Shown here: piece by piece, positions 43,257-53,222 of the stretch
Position numbering within the stretch: the stretch's first letter is position 1
Layout: each line of letters opens with the position of its first letter
NCBI GenBank assembly: GCA_030608005.1
Contig: JAUWIX010000002.1
Coordinates: 817-64,816 of the forward strand
Direction of reading: 5' to 3'
From: Dehalococcoidia bacterium
Lineage (GTDB): Bacteria > Chloroflexota > Dehalococcoidia > Dehalococcoidales > BS750m-G39
DNA: 64,000 bases
The notes under the pieces: generated by a model
Told to the model about the DNA's origin: nothing
Database searches by the model: none
The model's input: only the letters and a program-made list of their open reading frames with translations
Translations under genes and position numbers: made by a program

Positions 43257-44732
43257 CTAATTGGTCACTTGCAAGTAGATAGTGCCGGTGAAGGTGCCTA
43301 CATAGATTCCTGTTGAACCCAGTATGATGTCCATATAAAGGTTCGTGGTAGTGGCGACTTCAGGAGCGTCAGCAATAGTCGCGGTACGAGCCGGTGCAAC
43401 ACTATCTATGTCAACATAGTCAGCAGTGGTCAAATACTGCGGCGTGCTTGGGTGCCCAGAACCACTGGTAGCGTCATCAATGGTCAGACAAAACTCATTG
43501 CTACCTGGACCGGCTGTGATTTTCAGCGCCATGGTATGTCCGGGGACGCCGTCTGACCAGGTAGTAGCGGACTTAACCTGGAGAGTATGAGTGTCATTGG
43601 CTATAGTCTCGCTTAACAGTATATTGTCACCAGGGGTTTGGATAGCTGCTGTTGCCCCCAGAGCCACATTGCCAAAGTCGATGTCAGCTGTGGTGCTGAT
43701 TGAGCAGTAGGCGCCCATTGAATTTAGCACTTTACTGACATCCTCCACACTGGCGGCCGCCAAGTCAACCACCTTAACATAGAAGTCCCACGAAGCTGCC
43801 GAGACGTCTACCTCTTGGGCAATCTTTCCTGGCGTGAATTCAAGCGTCCATGTGTCTGAAAGGTTTGTAAAAACAATTGGCGTCACGCAGTTATCGGTAT
43901 CAATAGTCCAGGTGTTGGTGGTGACTCCAGCACTCACCTCCATGCTCCAGCCATCGGTATCGTCCCACTTATAGATGGCACAAGCATCGGCGTCCCAGGC
44001 ACCCGGCGATGCCGATGGTATCCATGCCTGCGTGCCCTTAGGCTGAGTGGCTAAACTGGTGTACGCCGTCACCTCTGCCTTCACCCAGTAGAGACTTGCT
44101 ATAGCCGCTACTGTTGTTGTTGCCCAGTCCGCTGGGGTGTCAAAGGTAACATCGTGACTTCCGGCAGCAGCGGTAAAGCCATCGGTACCGTCCGTTACAT
44201 TGGAGAGAGCTGTCCAAGCTGAGCCATCCCAGTACTTCCAGGTTATTGTCCAGGTGCCTGCACCAGCCGTTCCAACATTCAGGCGCGCATAACCAAACTT
44301 ATGGTCAGCCCCAATGTAGTAAGCATCCTCCACTGCTGGTGTTTCCGGCAGCAGGGTCATGTCATCAGCAGTTGCTTCATTGGCTTCCGTAGTTTCAACG
44401 GTCGTACTTCCACCATCATCGGCTACAGCCCCACCAACAGCCGCCGGTGCGCTATAGTAAACCTCGATATCTATATAGTCGATGTGGTCTATGGTGTTGG
44501 AGTCACCAGCCACAATTTCCAACAGGAATGTGTCCAGTGGCACCAAGGTAGAAGTAGGGTCACCGTCAGAGTCCTTGAGCGTCACTGAGGTGATGGTAGG
44601 GGTATTGTTGGTTGATGTGGTTGAGCCGGTGGTAGTATCTGGGCCAGTAGCGGCTAAGGCTGCTACTCCTGGCACCAGCAGAACTGCTACCAGAGCCAAT
44701 GTTCCAACTAAAGCTAGAATTCTCTTTTTCAA
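43257..44732 (-). CDS. Secreted Thr/Asp/Trp-rich beta-sandwich surface protein (491 aa)
   Basis: A TTG start follows the SD AAAGGAG. It has a signal peptide (LALVAVLLVPGVAALAA) and a Thr-rich linker. The C-terminal strand motif is GIYVGTFTGTIYLQVTN. Confidence 0.6.
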   Translation of the reverse strand: MKKRILALVGTLALVAVLLVPGVAALAATGPDTTTGSTTSTNNTPTITSVTLKDSDGDPTSTLVPLDTFLLEIVAGDSNTIDHIDYIDIEVYYSAPAAVGGAVADDGGSTTVETTEANEATADDMTLLPETPAVEDAYYIGADHKFGYARLNVGTAGAGTWTITWKYWDGSAWTALSNVTDGTDGFTAAAGSHDVTFDTPADWATTTVAAIASLYWVKAEVTAYTSLATQPKGTQAWIPSASPGAWDADACAIYKWDDTDGWSMEVSAGVTTNTWTIDTDNCVTPIVFTNLSDTWTLEFTPGKIAQEVDVSAASWDFYVKVVDLAAASVEDVSKVLNSMGAYCSISTTADIDFGNVALGATAAIQTPGDNILLSETIANDTHTLQVKSATTWSDGVPGHTMALKITAGPGSNEFCLTIDDATSGSGHPSTPQYLTTADYVDIDSVAPARTATIADAPEVATTTNLYMDIILGSTGIYVGTFTGTIYLQVTN

Positions 44733-44875
44733 CCTTTTCTCCTTTCATTTTTTATTTTAGTCCTAGTTTGTTAAAACCCAGTGTTTTCATAGGCATCACC
44801 CCCTTTTCAAAGTTTGTTATCAGAAGTGCCAACTGTCTATATTGTCGCTATTTAAGTGCCTATAGTCACCCTAAT

Positions 44876-45007
44876 ACTAAATAGTATTTTTGTTGCCAAT
44901 AAAGACATCTGGGTTCGCTAGAGGTCAAGAGGCTTATAGACAAAAGTACTAAGGACTAATTGGTAACTTACCTATGCCACTACCACTTGACAAAAATACT
45001 ATTTAGT
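44876..45007. repeat. 18-bp perfect inverted repeat pair flanking a 96-bp segment
   Basis: actaaatagtatttttgt at 44876-44893 is the exact reverse complement of acaaaaatactatttagt at 44990-45007. The pair lies between the surface-protein operon and the recombinase gene. Confidence 0.9.
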
Positions 45008-45042
45008 TAGCTGGTATGCTAGTGCCTTAAAGGAGGAACATT

Positions 45043-45981
45043 GTGAAGAGCAAGTTAAACAAATTTTTGCGTTATCTTCAGATTGAGAAGGGGTTTTCTC
45101 AGGGCACTATCAAAGCATACCAACTTGATATAGAGAAAGGGCTGATTCCCTTCCTGCATCAGCGAGGTAAATTTGAAGTAGGAGAAGTCACCAAGAATGA
45201 CATTCGAGACTATCTGGACTATGTAGCTACTAGCAGAGGTAACTCCAATGTTACCAGGGCACGAAAACTGGCAGCGATAAAGTCGTTCTTCAACTACCTG
45301 ATAGAGACTGAAGAGTTAGAACTTAACCCAGCAGCCTCAATAAGGAGCCCTAAGATACCAGAGAAGGAGCCAGTGTACCTTACCGATGACGAGTCTATTC
45401 GCCTTTTGAGGACAATAACTCGAAAGGGCAGGCCACGGGTTCGTGAACGGGACTTAGCGATGGTTGTCCTCTTCCTTCACACTGGGCTGAGGGTATCGGA
45501 GTTGACAAAACTGAAGCTAGTCAATGTTGACCTTGACCGGGGTCAGATAAAGATAACCAGGAAAGGAAATAAAGAGCAGCATCTCCATCTGAATGGCGAA
45601 ACAGCAAGGGCATTGGCAAATTACCTAGCCAACCGTCCGGGGGCTCGAAACGGTAGATTCTTCGTTGGCACCAATGGGGGCAATCTGGATCGTGGCTATG
45701 TTTATGGTGTGGTACGAAGATACTTAAATTTGGCAGGCATCAATAAGGGTAAGCAGGGTCCTCACCTCCTAAGGCACACCTTCTGCACCAGATTACATCA
45801 GAAGGGAGTGGCACCCTTCACCATAAAAGACCTCGCTGGTCACAAAAGTCTTAACACCACCATGAGGTATATTAAGATTGAGAATAAGGAGCAGGCTGAA
45901 GCGATTGACCGGCTGGAATTTGGTATCCTTATAGGGGGGGGGTGCTCAATCTCGCCAAAGGTTGATAAGCAATCTAGGTAG
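45043..45981 (+). CDS. Tyrosine recombinase (XerC/XerD-integrase family)
   Basis: It has an N-terminal SAM-like core-binding domain (FLRYLQIEKGFSQGTIKAYQLDI). The catalytic residues are R (HTGLRVSEL), HLLRHTF and Y (TTMRYI). It has a GTG start after AAAGGAGG. Confidence 0.85.
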   Translation: MKSKLNKFLRYLQIEKGFSQGTIKAYQLDIEKGLIPFLHQRGKFEVGEVTKNDIRDYLDYVATSRGNSNVTRARKLAAIKSFFNYLIETEELELNPAASIRSPKIPEKEPVYLTDDESIRLLRTITRKGRPRVRERDLAMVVLFLHTGLRVSELTKLKLVNVDLDRGQIKITRKGNKEQHLHLNGETARALANYLANRPGARNGRFFVGTNGGNLDRGYVYGVVRRYLNLAGINKGKQGPHLLRHTFCTRLHQKGVAPFTIKDLAGHKSLNTTMRYIKIENKEQAEAIDRLEFGILIGGGCSISPKVDKQSR

Positions 45982-46014
45982 ACGGGCGACGAAGTGTAAG
46001 CTATAATAGCTCAG

Positions 46015-46848
46015 TTGAAGAAGATAGGAGACATGCCTGCCCTCTATATTGTGGCTACCCCTATTGGTAATTTAGAGGATATTTCCCTGCGTGCCCTGCG
46101 GACTCTGCGTGAGGTGAAGCTTATCGCTGCTGAGGATACCCGCCGGACGAGGCAGCTTCTTAACGCTTATGATATCAAAACCCCGATGACCAGTTATCAT
46201 GAGCGCAATAAGTGGAGCAAACTGGATTATATTTTGAGCTGCCTTGAAGACAGGGATGTGGCTCTGGTTTCTAACGCAGGAACGCCGGGCATATCCGACC
46301 CCGGCTATGAGCTTATTGTGGCGGCTAACCAGCGAGGTATTGCGGTAGTTCCCATTCCTGGGGCTTCTGTGGTTATCACTGCCCTGGTTGTCTCTGGGCT
46401 GGATACGAGGCAATTTACCTATCTCGGCTTTTTGCCCCATAAGGCCAGTGCCCGGCGGCATCTTTTACAATCTGTTACCGGTGAATATGCCACCATTGTA
46501 GTTTTGGAGTCCCCCCATCGCCTATTGGCGGCGCTGAACGATATACTGCTTGTTCTTGGAGATAGAAGATTGGCTGTTTGCCGCGAGCTCACCAAGGTTT
46601 ATGAAGAGGTTTTTAGGGGGAGGGTAAGCCAAGCTATAGACCACTTCGCCGAGCCGAGGGGGGAGTTTACTCTGGTTATTGAAGGCAAGAGAGAGCAGGA
46701 AAAACCGCAGTTGACAGAGGCTATAGAGAAGCAATTACAGCATATGCGCCGCTCAGGGATGACGGCTAAAGAAGCGGTAGCCAGAGTAGCTGGGGAAACA
46801 GGTTTGTCAAAGAAAGAGCTATATCGGGCTTGGCTCAGGCTAGCTTAA
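46015..46848 (+). CDS. rsmI: 16S rRNA (cytidine1402-2'-O)-methyltransferase
   Basis: It reads LYIVATPIGNLEDISLRALRTL..V.LIAAEDTR and has the tetrapyrrole-methylase fold. The start may be the ATG at 46033. Confidence 0.85.
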   Translation: MKKIGDMPALYIVATPIGNLEDISLRALRTLREVKLIAAEDTRRTRQLLNAYDIKTPMTSYHERNKWSKLDYILSCLEDRDVALVSNAGTPGISDPGYELIVAANQRGIAVVPIPGASVVITALVVSGLDTRQFTYLGFLPHKASARRHLLQSVTGEYATIVVLESPHRLLAALNDILLVLGDRRLAVCRELTKVYEEVFRGRVSQAIDHFAEPRGEFTLVIEGKREQEKPQLTEAIEKQLQHMRRSGMTAKEAVARVAGETGLSKKELYRAWLRLA

Positions 46849-46876
46849 GGTTTTGGGCATAGAGAGGAGTTGATAA

Positions 46877-47083
46877 ATGCGCCGTGGTTGTATATCTTTA
46901 GGGGATGTCCAGTGCGATGAGTGCCACCGCATTATACCATATCCTGAGCGTTATCTAATTATTGACCAGGCGGGAGACACTATATTGTGTTTATGTGTTG
47001 ATTGCTGCCTAAACAAAGGTTATGCTCGTTATACCGAGGAGAAGGGTCAGCGAGTGCTTACTTTCTTCCCGGAAAAGCCTTAA
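46877..47083 (+). CDS. Small Cys-rich hypothetical protein (68 aa)
   Basis: CDECH...CLCVDCC suggests a zinc ribbon. It follows the SD GAGAGGAG. Confidence 0.4.
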   Translation: MRRGCISLGDVQCDECHRIIPYPERYLIIDQAGDTILCLCVDCCLNKGYARYTEEKGQRVLTFFPEKP

Positions 47084-47128
47084 TTGTTATGTCCAAGTTG
47101 TGATAAAGTATTAGCTGAGGAATAGATT

Positions 47129-48802
47129 GTGAGCGAGAGGATTTTTATTGCTGTAGCCTGGCCCTATGCTGACGGTCCGCTACATTTAGGTCATATTGCC
47201 GGGGCATATTTACCTGCGGACATATTTGCCCGTTACCATCGCCTCAGGGGTGATGAGGTATTGATGGTATCTGGTTCGGACCAGCATGGCACACCAATAA
47301 CCATTAAGGCTGAGCAGGAGGGGAAGAAGCCCGGCGAAATAGCCGCCCAGTATCATCAACAGTTTCTTGACTCCTGGCAGAGGTTAGGTATTTCCTTTGA
47401 TTTATTTACTACTACCAGCACGGCTAACCACGCTGAGGTATCACAGGATATGTTCCTCACTCTGCTAAACAAGGGCTATATCTATAAGGCTACTGTGTCG
47501 CAGCCCTACTGCCCTCATTGTCTGCGTTTTCTGCCTGACCGCTATATTGAGGGCACTTGCCCTTATTGTGGCTCTCCTGGGGCTCGTGGTGACCAGTGTG
47601 ATGACTGCGGTAAGCCGATGAATCCGGCGGAGTTACTCGACCCTCATTGTCGCTTGTGTGCTGCCACTCCTCAGTTCAAGGATTCAGAGCACTTCTTTTT
47701 AAAATTGACTGCCTTTAGGGACAGGCTCCTAGCCTGGGTGAAGCAGCAGAGCCATTGGCGACAAAATGCGCTTAACTTTACCATGCGCTATTTAGAGGAG
47801 GGGCTAAGGGATAGAGCTATCACCCGAGATATAGACTGGGGAATACCGGTACCGGTTGATGGCTTTGATAGTAAACGTATTTATGTGTGGTTTGAGGCGG
47901 TTATTGGTTATCTATCGGCAGCTAAGGAATGGGCTAAGTCTAGCGGGGATGAGGAAAGGTGGCGCTCCTTCTGGCAAGATAAAGATGTAAAGGGCTATTA
48001 TTTCATCGGTAAGGATAATATTGCCTTTCATACCATCATCTGGCCAGCGATGCTGATGGGCTATGGTGGGCTCGCTCTCCCTTATGATGTACCAGCTAAC
48101 GAGTTCTTAACTATTGAAGGCAAGAAGCTTTCTACCAGCCGCAACTGGGCAGTTTGGCTACCTGATTATCTATCACGCTATGAGCCTGACCCGCTGCGTT
48201 ACCTATTATCCATAAACATGCCTGAGACGGGGGACACCGATTTTTCTTGGCGTGAGTTCTTTCGCCGTAATAATGATGAGCTGGTGGCTACCTATGGAAA
48301 CCTGGCTCACCGGGTGCTTACCTTTGTCTATCGCCGCTTCAATGGCTGTGTTCCCCAACCCGGGGAATTTGATAGCCATAGTCAGGCTCTCATTGCTCAG
48401 GCGGAGGATACCCTCGAGAGCATGGATAGGCTTCTTTACCGCTGCCATTTTAGGGAGGCAATAAGGTCGGCTATGTTCTTAGCTCAGGAGACCAACCGCT
48501 ATCTGGACAAGAAATCTCCTTGGAAAGCAATAGAGCAGGACAGGCAGGCTTCAGCCACTGCGTTATATGTTGCTATCTCAGTGCTCTCTTGCCTTAAAAC
48601 GGCGCTATATCCCTTCTTACCTTTTAGCTCTCAGAAGTTGCACCAGCTTCTTGGTTTTGATGGCAATGTGGAAGATGATGGCTGGCAGCTACATTTCCCA
48701 CCGCCGGGGCAGAATTTACCCTCCCCCACGCCCTTATTTTCTAAATTGGATGAAGAGCTGGTCGAGGAGGAGACCGGTCGGCTGGGGCAAGTAAGATATT
48801 GA
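47129..48802 (+). CDS. metG: Methionine--tRNA ligase
   Basis: It has the HIGH variant PLHLGHIAG, the zinc knuckles CPHC...CPYCG...CDDCG...CRLC and the KMSKS-like KLSTS. Confidence 0.9.
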   Translation: MSERIFIAVAWPYADGPLHLGHIAGAYLPADIFARYHRLRGDEVLMVSGSDQHGTPITIKAEQEGKKPGEIAAQYHQQFLDSWQRLGISFDLFTTTSTANHAEVSQDMFLTLLNKGYIYKATVSQPYCPHCLRFLPDRYIEGTCPYCGSPGARGDQCDDCGKPMNPAELLDPHCRLCAATPQFKDSEHFFLKLTAFRDRLLAWVKQQSHWRQNALNFTMRYLEEGLRDRAITRDIDWGIPVPVDGFDSKRIYVWFEAVIGYLSAAKEWAKSSGDEERWRSFWQDKDVKGYYFIGKDNIAFHTIIWPAMLMGYGGLALPYDVPANEFLTIEGKKLSTSRNWAVWLPDYLSRYEPDPLRYLLSINMPETGDTDFSWREFFRRNNDELVATYGNLAHRVLTFVYRRFNGCVPQPGEFDSHSQALIAQAEDTLESMDRLLYRCHFREAIRSAMFLAQETNRYLDKKSPWKAIEQDRQASATALYVAISVLSCLKTALYPFLPFSSQKLHQLLGFDGNVEDDGWQLHFPPPGQNLPSPTPLFSKLDEELVEEETGRLGQVRY

Positions 48803-49794
48803 GGGGGAGATTGTTGCAGTTAAGCGAGATTTATCAGCTGGTTGAGGAAGATTTAGCCAAACTGGAGAGCCGGATAAAGTCTGTCAGTGAGGTTGATTTC
48901 TCCGGTGTGGCTGAGCTATTGGACTATAGCCTGAAAGGTGGTGGCAAGAGGATTCGTCCCGTGCTTACTTTGCTATCAGGCAGGTTTTACCACTACAACC
49001 TTGAGCTGCTGCTGCCTATGGCTACTGCCGTTGAGCTTATGCACACCGCTACCCTGGTGCATGATGATTCTATTGACAACTCCCCAATTCGCCGGGGTAG
49101 GCCAACGATTAACAGCATCTGGGGTGAAGATAAAGCAGTGCTTTTGGGCGACTATTTATTTGCTAAGGCGGGGGAATTTGCTACTTCTACCGGGAATCTG
49201 CGAGTGACAAGGCTGTTTACTCAGACCCTGGGGACTATTTCTGCTGGGGAGTTAAGCCAGAGCTTTGATGCTTTTAATCTTGAGCAAACCCGTGACCACT
49301 ACCTAGGGAGGATTTCCAGTAAAACCGCCTCCTTGTTCTCCCTGGCTACTGAATCAGGGGCTATCTTAAGCCAAGCTCCAGAAGAGTCAATCAAGATTCT
49401 AAAAGAGTATGGCTATAATCTTGGTATTGCCTTCCAGATTGTGGATGATATATTGGATTTTATTGGAACTGAGGAGGAAATGGGCAAGCCAACAGGCTCA
49501 GATTTAGCTCAGGGAACGCTTACCCTGCCAGCGATGCTTCTTGTGGAGCACGGACCTGAGGATAACCCGGTAAAAGAGTTGTTTAATAACCGTGATATGC
49601 CACAGAGGGATAAGCAGAAAAAAATAAAACAGGCGATAGAGTTAGTTCGCAACTCATCAATCGTTAAGCAATGTTATGAGGTTGCCTCAGATTATGCGGC
49701 TAAGGCTTGCCATAATCTTAAGCTATTACCCGATAACCCCAGTCGTCAGGCGTTAAAAGATTTAGCCGATTTGGTGATAAGTCGGAAAAGATAA
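48799..49794 (+). CDS. Polyprenyl diphosphate synthase (hepta/octaprenyl type)
   Basis: It has the two Asp-rich motifs LVHDDSID and FQIVDDILD. Confidence 0.85.
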   Translation: MRGRLLQLSEIYQLVEEDLAKLESRIKSVSEVDFSGVAELLDYSLKGGGKRIRPVLTLLSGRFYHYNLELLLPMATAVELMHTATLVHDDSIDNSPIRRGRPTINSIWGEDKAVLLGDYLFAKAGEFATSTGNLRVTRLFTQTLGTISAGELSQSFDAFNLEQTRDHYLGRISSKTASLFSLATESGAILSQAPEESIKILKEYGYNLGIAFQIVDDILDFIGTEEEMGKPTGSDLAQGTLTLPAMLLVEHGPEDNPVKELFNNRDMPQRDKQKKIKQAIELVRNSSIVKQCYEVASDYAAKACHNLKLLPDNPSRQALKDLADLVISRKR

Positions 49795-49817
49795 CCGGGG
49801 CAGGAACTCGTTGATTA

Positions 49818-50225
49818 TCACTCCCTCTCAACCCAGATGCTACCGTCGGTATAGGTTTCCTTTTTCTGGGTGGGCATTATCTCTTTAAATCGGTCAATGG
49901 CATACTGGCAGGCAGCAAAGCCTTCCTGGCGGTGGGCAGCGGCTATGGCAACGACCAGGTTGATTTCACCTACTTTCAGCTTGCCTATTCTATGGCATAT
50001 AGCTACATTTTCCACTTGCCACTTTTGTCTGATTTCACTGGCTATCTCCCCAAGCCTGTCTTTTGCTGTTCCCTGGGCATCTTCATATTCTACTGAAGTG
50101 ACCTGTTTGCCCCGGGAGTAATTGCGAATCAAGCCGACATAGGTTACCACGCAGCCGCTGCTATTGGTCTTAACTTTATCCACTACGAGCTGGGGGGAGA
50201 TTGGTTTTTCTGTAATCTCTATCAT
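49818..50225 (-). CDS. moaE: Molybdopterin synthase catalytic subunit
   Basis: It reads GCVVTYVGLIRN...VAICHRIGKLKVGEINLVVAIAAAHR..F.AC.YAID.FK. Confidence 0.85.
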   Translation of the reverse strand: MIEITEKPISPQLVVDKVKTNSSGCVVTYVGLIRNYSRGKQVTSVEYEDAQGTAKDRLGEIASEIRQKWQVENVAICHRIGKLKVGEINLVVAIAAAHRQEGFAACQYAIDRFKEIMPTQKKETYTDGSIWVERE

Positions 50226-50303
50226 GCTGATATCGCTCTCTACCTATTATTTAGGTAATGGTCTCTCTCTTTACCAGAAGGCTTTGGGGAGCTTGCCTCA
50301 CTT

Positions 50304-52238
50304 CTAATCAGGTGTAGCTGAGGCTGGTTTCGGGAGAAGTCGGGGTATACCCGGAGCCTTCTTGAGTGCAGGCTTGGCTCTGGTTTTGGTCTTAGCCTTT
50401 GCTGGCGTGGGAATAGGTGTGGCTGTGGCTTCTACTTGGGGGGATAGAGGTTCGTCAAAGGCTGCTTCTAGCTCTTCGCCCTCTAGTGTCTCTTGAGCAG
50501 TGAGTTTTTCAGCAATATGGATTAATCTTGGCTTATTTCTGGTTAGAATCCGCTTGGCTTCGGCATAGGCATTTTGGATGATATTATGAACCTCCTCATC
50601 AATCTGCTGAGCTACCTTCTCACTGTAGTCCCTTTGCTCTGAGATTTCACGACCGAGAAAGACCAGCTCCTCCTTGCGCCCGAAGGTTCGTGGACCCAGT
50701 TTTTCGCTCATTCCGTAAGAGGTTACCATCTTGTGGGCAATCTTGGTGGCTTCCTCAATGTCATTTTGGGCCCCGGTGGTCATTTCATTGAAGATTAGCT
50801 CCTCAGCAGTATGTCCAGCCAACAAGGTGGCTAGCATGTCCTTGAATTGAGAGCGGGTCATCAGGTATCGGTCTTCAGTGGGTAAAAGTCGGGTATAACC
50901 ACCCATCATACCCCGAGCCACAATGGAGATTTTATGCACTGGGTCAGCATTGGGCAGCATTTTGGCGACAAGGGCATGACCTGCCTCGTGATAGGCGGTT
51001 ATTTCCTTTTCTTTGGGGTTTATCTTCCGGCTCTTCCTCTCTGGACCGGCAATCACCCGGTCTATTGACTCCTCAAGTTCCTGCATCTCAATGGCTTTCT
51101 TGCCTCGCCTGGCAGCCAAGATAGCTGCCTCATTGATCAGGTTGGCTAGGTCAGCACCGCTAAAACCGGCAGTCTGTTTGGCTAGTACCTCTAGGTCGAC
51201 TGACTTATCTAGTGGTTTGCCATTGGAGTGAACCTTGAGAATGGCTGTTCGACCGTTAATATCTGGTCGGTCAAGGATTACTCGGCGGTCAAAGCGACCA
51301 GGGCGAAGTAAAGCCGGGTCGAGTATATCAGGTCGGTTGGTAGCCGCCAGAACAATTACGCTGGTATTGGTGTCAAAGCCATCCATCTCCACCAGAATCT
51401 GATTGAGGGTCTGTTCTCTCTCGTCATGACCTCCGCCCAGTCCAGCCCCCCGATGACGACCTACGGCGTCAATCTCATCAATGAAGATAATGCAGGGGGT
51501 ATTGCGTTTGGCTTGCTCAAATAGGTCGCGCACCCTGGAGGCACCGACACCGACAAACATCTCCACAAATTCGCTACCGCTGATAGAAAAGAAGGGCACC
51601 CCGGCTTCACCAGCTATTGCCCGAGCCAGTAATGTCTTTCCTGTGCCAGGTGGACCTATTAGTAGTAGCCCCTTGGGAATGCGAGCCCCCAGACTTTGGA
51701 ACTTCTCACGTGACTTGAGGAAATCCACTACTTCATGCAACTCTTGTTTGGCTTCTTCTACCCCGGCCACATCATCGAAGGTTACTGTTGGTGTATTAGC
51801 CGGAAACAATCGGGCTCGGCTACGACCAAAACTCATCGCCTGAGTATTAGCCCCCTGTGCCCTGCGGAATAGCCAGAACAATAAAACACCAAAGAGTAGC
51901 AGAGGAATGAAACCTATCATTAGCCCACCCCAGTCAAATCCTGATGGTTTTACCTCATAGTCTACTCCATCAAGATTAAGCCCGAGTTCTTGAAGCTCAA
52001 CCAATGTTAGGATACCTATAGCGGTTTTTAGCTTTGTGCCCTCGGTAGTGGTAATGAGCAGCTCAGCATCATCCACTATAATCTCGGCTATCTCACCATT
52101 TTGCGACATGGCTATAGCTTTATCCAAGCCGATTTCAGCCGGTTTTTCTGCTATAGGAAAAAGTTGATAGAGGAGAGCTACAGCAGCAACCAGAATAATA
52201 ATATATATTAAGCCATTACGCATCCAGCTTGACTTCAT
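50304..52238 (-). CDS. ftsH: ATP-dependent zinc metalloprotease FtsH
   Basis: It has two N-terminal TM helices, the AAA motifs [11 protein letters not shown] and IIFIDEIDA, the SRH motif and the HEAGH zinc site. Confidence 0.95.
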   Translation of the reverse strand: MKSSWMRNGLIYIIILVAAVALLYQLFPIAEKPAEIGLDKAIAMSQNGEIAEIIVDDAELLITTTEGTKLKTAIGILTLVELQELGLNLDGVDYEVKPSGFDWGGLMIGFIPLLLFGVLLFWLFRRAQGANTQAMSFGRSRARLFPANTPTVTFDDVAGVEEAKQELHEVVDFLKSREKFQSLGARIPKGLLLIGPPGTGKTLLARAIAGEAGVPFFSISGSEFVEMFVGVGASRVRDLFEQAKRNTPCIIFIDEIDAVGRHRGAGLGGGHDEREQTLNQILVEMDGFDTNTSVIVLAATNRPDILDPALLRPGRFDRRVILDRPDINGRTAILKVHSNGKPLDKSVDLEVLAKQTAGFSGADLANLINEAAILAARRGKKAIEMQELEESIDRVIAGPERKSRKINPKEKEITAYHEAGHALVAKMLPNADPVHKISIVARGMMGGYTRLLPTEDRYLMTRSQFKDMLATLLAGHTAEELIFNEMTTGAQNDIEEATKIAHKMVTSYGMSEKLGPRTFGRKEELVFLGREISEQRDYSEKVAQQIDEEVHNIIQNAYAEAKRILTRNKPRLIHIAEKLTAQETLEGEELEAAFDEPLSPQVEATATPIPTPAKAKTKTRAKPALKKAPGIPRLLPKPASATPD

Positions 52239-52348
52239 CCTTCACCTCAGCCCTCAAACTTGCTCTCTATTTGTCCCAACATTTATATTATACCAAAAAT
52301 AGCTGCCAATGGGAAAAATTCTGCACTCTAACTTATAGGAAATTAGTC

Positions 52349-53188
52349 CTAGCCTGTTTTCGGCAGGTTATTATAGGTTTCCTGAAGGAGAATGGCATCC
52401 TCTTCCAGGCTGGGACTCTCGCAGATTACAATGCCCTTGACCTCGTAATCCTTTAGCGCTTTGAGAAGTTCAACATACTGTAAATCTGACTCTTTTAGGT
52501 TTAGGTGTTTTATTTCCCCCTTTTTACCATAGGCAATACCAGAGACATGTATATGCATATTATCCAGGGCTCCATCGCCCAGCCGTTGCTTAATCTGTTG
52601 GAGGACGGAGGCAAACTCTGAGTAGGAATTGAACTCTCCGGTTCGGGCATGCCAATGAGCAAAGTCCATGCAGATACCTACCCCTTCCAGCTCAGTGCAT
52701 AGGTTGAGCACTTCTTCTATGGTTCCAAACTGGCTGGGCTTACCCATGACCTCCGGTCTAATCCATACCCGATTATTTTCCCGTTTAAGCTGGTTCATTA
52801 CCTCCACCAGGGATTTCCTCACTGCATTGTAGGTTTTTTCTGGGGGGTCGCCGAGGTAGTAGGCAGCGTGGAAAACAATGCTTTCCGCACCACATACCCA
52901 GCCGATGCGGGCGGTCTGAAGTATCCTCTCCTGACTAGCGAGTATCTTTTCTGGCTCACGGGCATTAAGGTTGATGAAGTAGGGAGCGTGGGCCGATAGC
53001 TTTACTCCCTCTCTGGTTGCCGTTTCCGCGACCAGCCGAGCCCCTGCCTTCCCCATTTTTACTCCTTGGACGAACTCCAGCTCCATGCAACCAAGCCTAA
53101 GCTCGGCAATGCGCTTAATCCCATCTATGGTGGACGCTGTCCTGGAGCTATGGGGAGTGCCGGCGGTGCCAAATAGAAGCTTCTCCAT
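52349..53188 (-). CDS. Endonuclease IV-like / xylose-isomerase-like TIM-barrel protein
   Basis: It reads LSAHAPYFINL, IVFHAAYY, IRPEVMG, DFAHWHA, HIHVSG, consistent with the AP endonuclease family 2 metal-ligand pattern. Confidence 0.65.
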   Translation of the reverse strand: MEKLLFGTAGTPHSSRTASTIDGIKRIAELRLGCMELEFVQGVKMGKAGARLVAETATREGVKLSAHAPYFINLNAREPEKILASQERILQTARIGWVCGAESIVFHAAYYLGDPPEKTYNAVRKSLVEVMNQLKRENNRVWIRPEVMGKPSQFGTIEEVLNLCTELEGVGICMDFAHWHARTGEFNSYSEFASVLQQIKQRLGDGALDNMHIHVSGIAYGKKGEIKHLNLKESDLQYVELLKALKDYEVKGIVICESPSLEEDAILLQETYNNLPKTG

Positions 53189-53222
53189 TTATCTCGCCCT
53201 TTAACTCTACCAATGTCTGCTG

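Noticed and set aside
44821-44860. Sigma54-like -24/-12 element (aGGCACttaaaTAGCg, minus strand, 44846-44860) and a second GGCAC at 44825-44830 upstream of the surface-protein gene
   Set aside because: It matches only GG-N10-GC with a poor -12 region. No enhancer-binding protein gene is nearby. It is too weak to report as a promoter.
39545-45981. Integrated element hypothesis: tRNA-Ala as an attachment site with the tyrosine recombinase 5.4 kb away
   Set aside because: I could not find a direct repeat of the tRNA 3' end anywhere downstream. The intervening genes include a core GuaB3-like gene, and the recombinase is not adjacent to the tRNA. No phage or conjugation genes are present.
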